The translations under genes were made by a program, and so were the position numbers. Positions 9,609 to 17,433 of a DNA stretch of 64,000 nucleotides are shown here, piece by piece. The notes under the pieces were generated by a model that worked only from the letters and a program-made list of their open reading frames with translations, was not told the DNA's origin and did not search any database. The stretch spans positions 3,158 through 67,157 of the forward strand of contig JALONV010000003.1 of assembly GCA_025454755.1 (NCBI GenBank), given 5' to 3'. Source of the DNA: Bacteroidales bacterium (GTDB lineage: Bacteria > Bacteroidota > Bacteroidia > Bacteroidales > VadinHA17). Numbering within the stretch: position 1 is the stretch's first letter; each line of letters begins with the position of its first letter.

Positions 9609-10811
9609 TTATCCTGCTGAAAGAGTCAATACTGTTATCTCCGGTGGCATCCATATCCTGAAGGGTATCGAAAGAACACCAAGTCCGCGATTCACATACA
9701 GGTACTGATCACCGTCTGTGTAAAGCCCGTTCCACTCAGGATAAAAACGTCTGGCAGGGCTCCATTTGAACCTTTTTGTAATAACGCCTGCCTGCATTCC
9801 GTGAGTGTGTCCGGCAAGAGAAAGTTCTATATCGGTTTTATCACATACCTGTTTTTTCCATTGATTTGGATCGTGGATGAGAAGTATCTTCAGGTCGGCA
9901 GTATCGGTCCCGGCCATTAATGGCGCCGGATCTGTATATTCAATCCCCGGGAAACGACCACCGGTCCTGACGCCAATAAATTTTACGTCTGCACCCCTGA
10001 TATCCATTATAATGTGCTCATTGTCAAGAAGACGGTATCCTGATGCGGTTATCAGTTCTTTCATCTGGATGACATTCGTCACTTTGTTGGATTCAGACGA
10101 ATTTGGGAAGTACGTACCCATGTCGTGGTTGCCAAAAACAGCTAAATTCCCATACCTGCTTTTTGATTTCACAAGAATAGTATCGCACCTGTCAAACTCA
10201 CGCCATCCATAGCTGATAAAATCACCGGTATTTATTATAAGATCGGGTTCATAGCTATTGACCATTTTCACTACTTTCTCAAGCTGTTTATGATGATGGC
10301 AGTAAGTCGCCAGGTGCATATCGGAGAGCTGGACAATTTTAAGTCCTTCAAGCTTCGGATCAAGCCCTTCTATTTTCACCGTGACCTCTTCAGTTTTAAA
10401 ATTGAACCTGCCGATAAGAGTGCTCAGTGCAATGATGGTGAAAATCAAGGCTGCCAGGAAAATACCTGTTTGTGTCAATAATTTTGAATGCCCACCTTTT
10501 CTAAGTCTGAAAAGCCTGCCGGTGTAATGAAGAAGAGTAACAATGAACCGTGGAATTATTACAGCGAAGATCATCCCTGTAAGGTTCATTCTCAGGCTTA
10601 CATTCTCAGGAGTATCAAAGACGCCCTTATAGGTTGCAGCCCTGATAAAAAGGATCCAGATCCAGATACTGAGGATCAGATTAATAGTTAGAATTGAATA
10701 ATATAAAGGTTTTGATTTAGCTGCGTAATGTTCATGAAGGACCATGAAGGTCAGCACTTCAAGAGTCAGAAGTATTAAAAGTAATAATACCATGGTGGCT
10801 ATTTTGTTCAA
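9609..10811 (-). CDS. Membrane-anchored metallophosphoesterase (YkuE-like)
   Basis: N-terminal TM helices, then SDMH, TGD, GNHD, HDP, GHTHG and NRGLG. Start may be the ATG at 10793. Confidence 0.88.
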   Translation of the reverse strand: MNKIATMVLLLLILLTLEVLTFMVLHEHYAAKSKPLYYSILTINLILSIWIWILFIRAATYKGVFDTPENVSLRMNLTGMIFAVIIPRFIVTLLHYTGRLFRLRKGGHSKLLTQTGIFLAALIFTIIALSTLIGRFNFKTEEVTVKIEGLDPKLEGLKIVQLSDMHLATYCHHHKQLEKVVKMVNSYEPDLIINTGDFISYGWREFDRCDTILVKSKSRYGNLAVFGNHDMGTYFPNSSESNKVTNVIQMKELITASGYRLLDNEHIIMDIRGADVKFIGVRTGGRFPGIEYTDPAPLMAGTDTADLKILLIHDPNQWKKQVCDKTDIELSLAGHTHGMQAGVITKRFKWSPARRFYPEWNGLYTDGDQYLYVNRGLGVLSIPFRIWMPPEITVLTLSAG

Positions 10812-10851
10812 AAATACTCAATTAAAATAAATGGGAATATTTTTACATTCG

Positions 10852-10859
10852 CAAAGCTA
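10852..10859 (-). promoter_or_regulatory. Bacteroidota sigma-A -7 element (TAGCTTTG)
   Basis: Matches TAnnTTTG about 40 nt upstream of the metallophosphoesterase start. Confidence 0.5.
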
Positions 10860-10871
10860 ATGGGGTAATTG

Positions 10872-11303
10872 ATGACAAAGGTTAATTTTTTCAATACAGG
10901 CTACCTGCCGCAGAGCGGCTTGACATACTCAGTAATTGCGGCTAGATATAAAGGGAAATGGTTATTTGTCCGCCATTGCGATCGTGCAACATGGGAGATA
11001 GCCGGAGGGCATATTGAAGAGGGAGAATCACCTTTTCATGCAGCCGGGAGGGAACTTACGGAAGAGACCGGTGCAAAAGAATTTGACCTTGAATGTGTTG
11101 CAACTTACTCGGTAGAGCAGGAGGGGAGAACAGGTTATGGCAGACTTTTTTTTGCCAATGTTTTAAAGCTCGGGCAGATCCCGGACAAATCTGAAATTGC
11201 TGAAGTAAAACTGATGGATCACCTGCCTGATGATCTTACTTACCCGGATATCCAGCCGAACCTGTTCGCAAAAGTTCTTGAATTTCTGCGAGAAAAGAAA
11301 TAA
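10872..11303 (+). CDS. NUDIX hydrolase
   Basis: Intact Nudix box GGHIEEGESPFHAAGRELTEETG. Confidence 0.9.
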   Translation: MTKVNFFNTGYLPQSGLTYSVIAARYKGKWLFVRHCDRATWEIAGGHIEEGESPFHAAGRELTEETGAKEFDLECVATYSVEQEGRTGYGRLFFANVLKLGQIPDKSEIAEVKLMDHLPDDLTYPDIQPNLFAKVLEFLREKK

Positions 11304-11320
11304 CTCAAATCATTTAACTC

Positions 11321-11376
11321 TCACACCGTCACACCGTCGCACCGTCACACCGACACACCGACACACCGTCACACCG
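11321..11376. repeat. Tandem octamer array, 7 x (T/A)C(A/G)CACCG
   Basis: Read directly between two convergent genes. The first 24 bp are identical to 30180-30203. Confidence 0.95.
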
Positions 11377-12561
11377 TTAAATATATTCAAACGTCACATT
11401 TTTCAGCCACTTCTCTTCCAGCAGCCTTGCAATTCGTTTTACAACAGTCCGTCTTATCTCCAGCTCGACGGGCAGGTTTGGATCCTGGTGGGCAATATTG
11501 ATCCTGGTACCTATAATGAAGTGGATCTCATCACTGTCCATGAGCATTTTGACGATCTTGTCAGCAGGACCTTTCCCAAGGCGCACACTATTATTATATG
11601 TCTTCAATATCTCATTCACCTTCTGAAGGGTCAGAATGCCCTCTGTAACCAGGTCGATACCTTCGAGGAAGCTTTCAGGCGGAAGCTCCGGATCTTCGAA
11701 GATAAGCTCGTCAACGATAGTCCTGTTCAGCTCCCTGGCAATAATGTCGGCAGTAGTACCTCCGCATAAGATCACTTTGCCTTCATAGCTTCTGACCTTT
11801 TCAGCCAGCTCCGTGTCCTTATCCTTTTCAAAGGGAGGACCGGTGCAGATCATCATCTTGCGGGGTTCGCGAAAGTAAATAATTGCGCAGCTTATATCGT
11901 CTTTTGCCTTGTACGCATCATACTTATGCGCCATGGTAACTATTTTACCGGCAAGCATGGATGCAGAAATTGATGCTTCACTCGAGACAAGCGCAGAGGC
12001 ATATGCTGCGATGTGGTCTCTTTCCCAGCCGAAAGGGAAGGATTCGCTTCCCATGCCGCTCTGAGCAACACCATCGGAGCAGAAAATTATCCTGTCTTCC
12101 TTCTCAGGCATAAATGTGCATGTTTTCAGGATCTTGCCTGAGTGTTTCCCTTTCTCCAGCACTACCTTTTTCCAGCCCGGATCAAATTCCTGTTTCCCCC
12201 TGAGGATTATAGCATGAGGATTGTCGTATTCCAGGATATTGGCCTTACCGCTGCTCTCAATATCGACGATCGTGAAGGTCGAGTAAGCTATTTTCCTTTC
12301 ACTGCACACAGGAAGGGTGTTCATTATTATTTCTGCAATACGGTCGACCTCTTTGTGCTCGCGGGCGAAATTCAGGGCCATGGTGGAGGTGAGGGTTGCC
12401 AGAATATTTGCTTTCACGCCATGCCCCATGCCATCGGAAAGAACTGCAATAACCCGGTCTTCTTCCTTTATATATTTATAAAGAAAGACGTCCCCGCATA
12501 TCCTTTCCTCATCATGGTTGCGCTGCTGACTGTTGACCTCTATATAGAAATCTTTGTTCAC
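11377..12561 (-). CDS. SpoIIE/PP2C Ser/Thr phosphatase, HfsC-like
   Basis: CGD, LSDGMGHG, STFTI, SDGV and DDIS metal-binding motifs. C-terminal CGGTTA/EGILTL domain as in hydrogenase-linked HfsC proteins. Overlaps the upstream sensory hydrogenase by 4 nt. Confidence 0.85.
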   Translation of the reverse strand: MNKDFYIEVNSQQRNHDEERICGDVFLYKYIKEEDRVIAVLSDGMGHGVKANILATLTSTMALNFAREHKEVDRIAEIIMNTLPVCSERKIAYSTFTIVDIESSGKANILEYDNPHAIILRGKQEFDPGWKKVVLEKGKHSGKILKTCTFMPEKEDRIIFCSDGVAQSGMGSESFPFGWERDHIAAYASALVSSEASISASMLAGKIVTMAHKYDAYKAKDDISCAIIYFREPRKMMICTGPPFEKDKDTELAEKVRSYEGKVILCGGTTADIIARELNRTIVDELIFEDPELPPESFLEGIDLVTEGILTLQKVNEILKTYNNSVRLGKGPADKIVKMLMDSDEIHFIIGTRINIAHQDPNLPVELEIRRTVVKRIARLLEEKWLKNVTFEYI

Positions 12562-14456
12562 TCCGTTTTTCCGGGCTTGTTATTTTGTTTGCTTATCTTT
12601 TTATAAGACTCAATGATTGAATTGAGCATCTGTTCTGTTTCAGATGCACCTTCACCCAGTAGGAATCCTATCTTCTGAACCATCTCCAGGTTTTTATCAA
12701 TTACCTCGCTGACCCGGTTGGTTACTTCTTCTCCCTGTACTTCAGGCGAATAGAGGTCACGTATAACAGCCCCGCACATTTTATTTTTCTTGATGGGGAA
12801 GATGGAAATGTTAAGCATCTTGTCCTCAAAATGAATATCCTTGCTGACAACAGGTTCATCCTCCTTGATTACAAAGGTGAACATGTTATAGACGTTAAAT
12901 GGAATGAGTGTCTTCAGGTCAGCTCCTGCAAGCCCCGGAATGACTTCAGAAATTGCGCGGGCATCTTCGCCGATAATATTTATGAAACTATGGTTTGAGT
13001 GAAGTATTCTCAGGTTATTGTCCACGATAACAACACCTGTTGGAAGCTTGTCGAGCATATTGTTCAGCATGTCGGAGGCACTTTGGGCCATGTCCTTTTC
13101 CCTGAGGGCCAGTTCCTCTGATTCTTTCAGGGCTTTCTTTGTTTCTGCCAGCTTCCTGTTTGTCTGTCTTAATGTTTCGATATATTCCTGTTTGTTCCGC
13201 AGGTTGAATGTATGACACATTTCAGGTACTGCCAGACCCTTGGCTACAGTCGATGCAAATTCGCGGCACGATAAATATCCGCATGCTCCGCAATTAAGCT
13301 CTTCCTCCGGATCATTCTTTCCGACTATTTTAAGCACTTCTTTTACAGCTTCTTCCGGAGGCTCAGGAATACGCTGGTCATTGGGATTGAAGGTCCTTGA
13401 GAAGTCTAGTTTCAGCCACTTATCCATGTTTTTCTGCCAGAGAACCTTATCGAGGGTGCTGATCCTTTTTTCGGTATAACGGCTGACAAGAGCCCTTCTC
13501 CTGAACATCTCCTTGTGATATTCCATGCCGGGCCCCAGCAAACAACCATGGCAGAAGAAAAGGTTGAAATGATGGTTGATGGTATCAATGAACTTGTCAA
13601 AATCATTTATTGCTTCAAGGATATCTTCCTTTCCGGATGCAGTTATTACCCTGCTCGAAACCATGTCGCGTTTGATGCCGCCTGCCTGGATAATACCTGC
13701 AGGAACAGGATAGAGAGCTCCCCAGTATCCGTATGGCGGATCGAAATCAGACATTTTTACATTCCTCTCCTGTATTTTGAATTCATCGAAAAGCTGACGA
13801 AGCTCTATGAAAGTCAGAACTCCGTCAATCAGCTTTCCCGATTCATACAGAAGAGCTTCATCCTTCGCATCGATGCATGGACCGATCTGAACAGTCGCGA
13901 TATCTTCGCCATATATCTTTTTGACAACCATGGCGGTGGCGATCATTGGCGACACCAGCGGAGCCAGGTTGGGAGTCATCTCTGGGTGGAATTTTTCAAT
14001 CAGCTTGACTATTGACGGGCAATTGGCTGTTATAAAATATTTGCCTTCGGCCTTGCTGAAAAGGTCGGCATATTTTGCGGCAATGAGGTCGACGCCAAAT
14101 GAGACCTCATGGACGCAATCAAAGCCCAGCTGTCGTACCATGGCTACAAACTTACGGTAGTCGGTAATGTCATCAAACTCCGACGCTATGGCAGGTTCGA
14201 TTAGTGCAACAGTTTTTTTCCCGGAGGCGAGCAATGTTTTAACTTCCTCCATTGAATCGCGGAATTCAATAGCGCGCGGGGAACAGTAGACATAACAGAG
14301 TCCGCAGCCGATACATCTTTCACTGAGAATTGTAGGGTGTTCTTTCTGAATTTTGACTTCTATGGCATTTACAGGGCATACCCTTACACACGAATATGAG
14401 TTTCTGCATCTGTCGTCATTAATGCGCAGAACAGGCTTAATGGTTTTCGCGCTCAT
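12558..14456 (-). CDS. Group C (sensory, HydS/HfsB-like) [FeFe]-hydrogenase-like protein with C-terminal FeS and PAS domains
   Basis: N-terminal ferredoxin motifs (CRNSYSCVRVCP, CIGCGLCYVYC). H-domain motifs TANCP, GPCIDAKDE and FCHGCLLGPG. NCGACGYLSC...C FeS domain, coiled coil, PAS-like LPTGVVIVD...N. Confidence 0.85.
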   Translation of the reverse strand: MSAKTIKPVLRINDDRCRNSYSCVRVCPVNAIEVKIQKEHPTILSERCIGCGLCYVYCSPRAIEFRDSMEEVKTLLASGKKTVALIEPAIASEFDDITDYRKFVAMVRQLGFDCVHEVSFGVDLIAAKYADLFSKAEGKYFITANCPSIVKLIEKFHPEMTPNLAPLVSPMIATAMVVKKIYGEDIATVQIGPCIDAKDEALLYESGKLIDGVLTFIELRQLFDEFKIQERNVKMSDFDPPYGYWGALYPVPAGIIQAGGIKRDMVSSRVITASGKEDILEAINDFDKFIDTINHHFNLFFCHGCLLGPGMEYHKEMFRRRALVSRYTEKRISTLDKVLWQKNMDKWLKLDFSRTFNPNDQRIPEPPEEAVKEVLKIVGKNDPEEELNCGACGYLSCREFASTVAKGLAVPEMCHTFNLRNKQEYIETLRQTNRKLAETKKALKESEELALREKDMAQSASDMLNNMLDKLPTGVVIVDNNLRILHSNHSFINIIGEDARAISEVIPGLAGADLKTLIPFNVYNMFTFVIKEDEPVVSKDIHFEDKMLNISIFPIKKNKMCGAVIRDLYSPEVQGEEVTNRVSEVIDKNLEMVQKIGFLLGEGASETEQMLNSIIESYKKISKQNNKPGKTE

Positions 14457-14472
14457 TCCTTATCCTCCCCGG

Positions 14473-14730
14473 TTATTTAAATTTATCCAACTCCTTTACA
14501 AGTATGCTCTCTATTGTGGCAGTTGTTACACCTTCGATGACATGCCCGTTTATTGTCAGGTTGGGGCCGTTGCTGCAATGGCCCATGCATCGTGCACCTT
14601 TGAACATAACTTTATCTTCAAGATGATTTTTTTTCAGATAATCTTTTATGAACATGACTACCTCCTTGTTGCCTCTTGAAAAACAAGAACTTCCGAGACA
14701 TATATACATTTCAGTGCCCTGTGCCATCAT
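14473..14730 (-). CDS. Thioredoxin-like [2Fe-2S] ferredoxin, HfsA-like
   Basis: ICLGSSCFSRG...CMGHCSNGP. First gene of the leftward operon. Confidence 0.85.
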   Translation of the reverse strand: MMAQGTEMYICLGSSCFSRGNKEVVMFIKDYLKKNHLEDKVMFKGARCMGHCSNGPNLTINGHVIEGVTTATIESILVKELDKFK

Positions 14731-14733
14731 TTA

Positions 14734-14751
14734 TTGTTTTTTTAAAAACAA
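14734..14751. promoter_or_regulatory. Putative Rex operator (TTGTTTT-N4-AAAACAA)
   Basis: Perfect 7-4-7 palindrome between the minus-strand -7 element and the hfsA-like start codon. Resembles the Rex consensus TTGT(G/T)AA-N4-TT(C/A)ACAA. Confidence 0.5.
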
Positions 14752-14756
14752 CAACA

Positions 14757-14764
14757 CAAAGTTA
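14757..14764 (-). promoter_or_regulatory. -7 promoter element (TAACTTTG) of the hfsABC-like operon
   Basis: Exact TAnnTTTG about 27 nt upstream of the start codon. Confidence 0.6.
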
Positions 14765-14951
14765 GTAATTATTTCACTGGGTTCGGGTTGTCACAGAGGC
14801 CTAAAAAACATGTAATTACTTGAATTTAGAAGTGGCAGAAAACATCCAACTACCACAATGAAATCCTGGATACATTTAAATAGATCCTTGTAAATGATTA
14901 TATATCAACATTATATGTATGATTTTCAATAAATTTTATTTTCTGATTTAA

Positions 14952-14986
14952 TTGTTATAAAAAAAACATTGTTATTTTAATAACAA
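14952..14986. promoter_or_regulatory. Tandem putative Rex operators (TTGTTAT-AAAA-AAAACAT at 14952-14969; perfect TTGTTAT-TTTA-ATAACAA at 14969-14986)
   Basis: 7-4-7 palindromes overlapping the expected -33 region of the rightward promoter. rex is encoded downstream on the same strand. Confidence 0.65.
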
Positions 14987-14994
14987 TAAATTCT

Positions 14995-15002
14995 TATATT
15001 TG
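14995..15002 (+). promoter_or_regulatory. -7 promoter element (TATATTTG) of the hydCBA-like operon
   Basis: Exact TAnnTTTG 20 nt upstream of ATG 15023. Confidence 0.6.
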
Positions 15003-15022
15003 CATATCGATTTAATGCCCTG

Positions 15023-15493
15023 ATGAGTAAAGATATAGAGGTTATTATAAAGAAATACAAGCCGGGGAGGAGAGAGGAACTGATTCCGCTTCTCCAGGAG
15101 ATACAGGATGAACAGGGACACCTGTCGGAAGAAGCAATTGTCAGGGTGGGAAATTTTGTGGGTCTGAGCACTACTAAAATATATGGGCTGGCGACATTTT
15201 ACGACCAGTTCAAATTTGTCCCGTCAGGGAAGGTCTGCATAAAGATATGCAACGGCACTTCATGTTTCCTGAACGGCTCACAGGCTGTGATGAACAAAAT
15301 CAGGGAAGAAACAGGTCTGCCTGCCGGTCAAACCAGCAGAGACGGCAGTTTCAGCTACGAAATCGTAACCTGCATGGGCGGCTGCAACAATGGCCCCGTA
15401 ATTAGTGTCAACGGAGAATATAACACATATGTAAAGCCTGAACAGCTTTCTGATCTTATCAGGAGGCTGAAGTTCATAATTGAGAATGACTAA
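15023..15493 (+). CDS. NuoE/HydC/HndA-like [2Fe-2S] subunit
   Basis: LIPLLQEIQ, ATFY, CNGTSC...CMGGC. Confidence 0.9.
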   Translation: MSKDIEVIIKKYKPGRREELIPLLQEIQDEQGHLSEEAIVRVGNFVGLSTTKIYGLATFYDQFKFVPSGKVCIKICNGTSCFLNGSQAVMNKIREETGLPAGQTSRDGSFSYEIVTCMGGCNNGPVISVNGEYNTYVKPEQLSDLIRRLKFIIEND

Positions 15494-17428
15494 ATGGAAG
15501 ACCTTAGGAAATTTCTGATTGACAAGGTTCTGCTGTTTGAATCGGACACTCTGCTTCCTGAAACTGAAAAAGTTCTCAGGAAAATAAAGAGGGAGAAGGC
15601 CGACAGCGCAGTCATTTCTGTTTCTTCAGGCACGGCTGGCATAATTGCGGGATCAGAAAGAACCTGCATTGCCATTAAGTCGTATATTGATGAAAATGAG
15701 CCCGGCACTGAACTTGTAAGGGTCGGATGCACCGCTCCCAACAATTTTGAACCATTTGTCTGCGTTCAGCTTCCCGGAAAGAATAAACTGTTTTTCAGGA
15801 ATATCACGGAGGAAAAAGTAGAACCGCTCCTGAATGGCATTTTTCATAACGACATAAACAAGGACGACCTGGCAGGTCAGCAGGGAACAAAAGGATTTGA
15901 GCTCTGGCCAGGAATACCATTTCTTGAGGAACTGCCGTTTTTTGCCAGGCAGAAAAGAGTGGTGCTTAACAATTGCGGCTGCTATGATCCCGAAAATATT
16001 GAAGAGTATATAGCCCGCGGGGGATACAGGTCTTTTGTAAAAGCTATACGCCATTATACTTACGAGGAAGTCTGCAGCATCATTGAAACCAGCGGTCTCA
16101 GAGGCAGGAGCGGAGGAGGCTATATTACCGGGCTGAAATGGAAACAGGCTCTGAACACAACATCAGCATCGCGCTACCTTATTTGCAACGCAAAGGAGAG
16201 CGATCCCGGAGCATTTACAGACAGAACCATGCTTGAAAGCGATCCTCACCGCCTGGTCGAAGGAATGGCGATCGCTTCATATGCTATCGGTGCTTCAACG
16301 GCTATTGTGTTCTTCAGAAGAGGATCTGATCATGCATTGAGAAGGCTTCAGGAAGCAATCGACAATGCACGGGAGTTTGGTATTCTGGGACACAATATTT
16401 TTTCGAGCGGTTATAATCTCGACATAATAATCAGGAAAGAGCCGGGTGCTTTTGTCTGCGGAGAAGAGACCGCCCTGATCAGTACCCTGGAAGGAAAACG
16501 CGGCATGCCACAGCTTAAGCCTCCATATCCTACTGCATCAGGACTATTTGGAAAACCAACGGTTATTAACAACGTTGAGACGCTGATGAATGTTCCCCTC
16601 ATTATGCAGAACGGCCCTGAATGGTTTCGTACAATGGGAACGGAAAATAGTCCCGGCACAAAAGTGTTTGCTGTCGCCGGAAAAGGCCGCATGTCGGGAG
16701 TGGTAGAAGTAGAGATGGGAACCACATTAAGATCGATTATTGAAGATATTGCCGACGGAATAAAGGAAGGGAAAGAACTTAAAGCGGTACAGCTCGGAGG
16801 CGCTGCAGGTTCTTTTATCACTTCCGGAAATCTGGAAGTGCCTGTTGATTATGATGTTATGAAGGAGAAGGGCATTGCCATGGGAGCAGGCGGCTTTATA
16901 ATAATCGACGAGACTACCTGTATAGTGGATATCGTCAGATATTATATGGAATTCATCCGTGGCGAGAGTTGTGGCAAATGCATCCCCTGCCGTGAAGGAA
17001 CCGGCCGTATGCTTGAGATCCTTGACAGTGTAATAAAAAAACCGGCCAGCGAAGACTCGGGTACAACCCTCGAACGGTTCAAAGGTGTAATGCAGCTTGA
17101 GACCATAGCCTCGGTGATGAAGGATACTTCACTCTGCGGACTTGGACAAACTGCTCCTAATCCTTTCCTGAGCGCGCTTGAAAATTTCAGGGAAGAATTT
17201 GAGGAGCATATCTTCGACCGTAGATGCAGGGCAAATGTGTGCAGAGGTCTGAGAACCTTTTCAATAGATGTTGATAAGTGCACCGGCTGTACAGCCTGCG
17301 CATCGAAATGCCCTGTGAATGCCATTTATGGCACAAGGCTTCAGCCTTTCTTCATTGTAGAGGAGAAATGCACAGGATGTGGAATATGCTATGATATTTG
17401 CAAGTTCAGCGCAATAAAGGTAAAATAA
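15494..17428 (+). CDS. NuoF/HydB/HndC-like flavoprotein subunit with divergent FMN/NAD motifs
   Basis: LRGRSGGG, CNAKESDPGAFTDR, FVCGEETAL, NNVET, SCGKCIPC..LCGLG, HIFDRRCRANVC, and a C-terminal 2x[4Fe-4S] domain. Confidence 0.88.
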   Translation: MEDLRKFLIDKVLLFESDTLLPETEKVLRKIKREKADSAVISVSSGTAGIIAGSERTCIAIKSYIDENEPGTELVRVGCTAPNNFEPFVCVQLPGKNKLFFRNITEEKVEPLLNGIFHNDINKDDLAGQQGTKGFELWPGIPFLEELPFFARQKRVVLNNCGCYDPENIEEYIARGGYRSFVKAIRHYTYEEVCSIIETSGLRGRSGGGYITGLKWKQALNTTSASRYLICNAKESDPGAFTDRTMLESDPHRLVEGMAIASYAIGASTAIVFFRRGSDHALRRLQEAIDNAREFGILGHNIFSSGYNLDIIIRKEPGAFVCGEETALISTLEGKRGMPQLKPPYPTASGLFGKPTVINNVETLMNVPLIMQNGPEWFRTMGTENSPGTKVFAVAGKGRMSGVVEVEMGTTLRSIIEDIADGIKEGKELKAVQLGGAAGSFITSGNLEVPVDYDVMKEKGIAMGAGGFIIIDETTCIVDIVRYYMEFIRGESCGKCIPCREGTGRMLEILDSVIKKPASEDSGTTLERFKGVMQLETIASVMKDTSLCGLGQTAPNPFLSALENFREEFEEHIFDRRCRANVCRGLRTFSIDVDKCTGCTACASKCPVNAIYGTRLQPFFIVEEKCTGCGICYDICKFSAIKVK

Positions 17429-17433
17429 TCGTT

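Noticed and set aside
8684-11376. Short tandem arrays as possible CRISPR arrays
   Set aside because: Units are 7-8 bp and contiguous with no unique spacers, and no cas genes are in the window.
11230-11769. 179-aa plus-strand ORF with HRRTVTPTHRHTVTP repeats
   Set aside because: It is the translation of the octamer array plus the antisense of the phosphatase gene.
14886-14916. Imperfect AT-rich palindrome (TGATTATATATCA) as a possible dif/att site
   Set aside because: Does not match the XerC/XerD consensus convincingly and no recombinase or island boundary is nearby.
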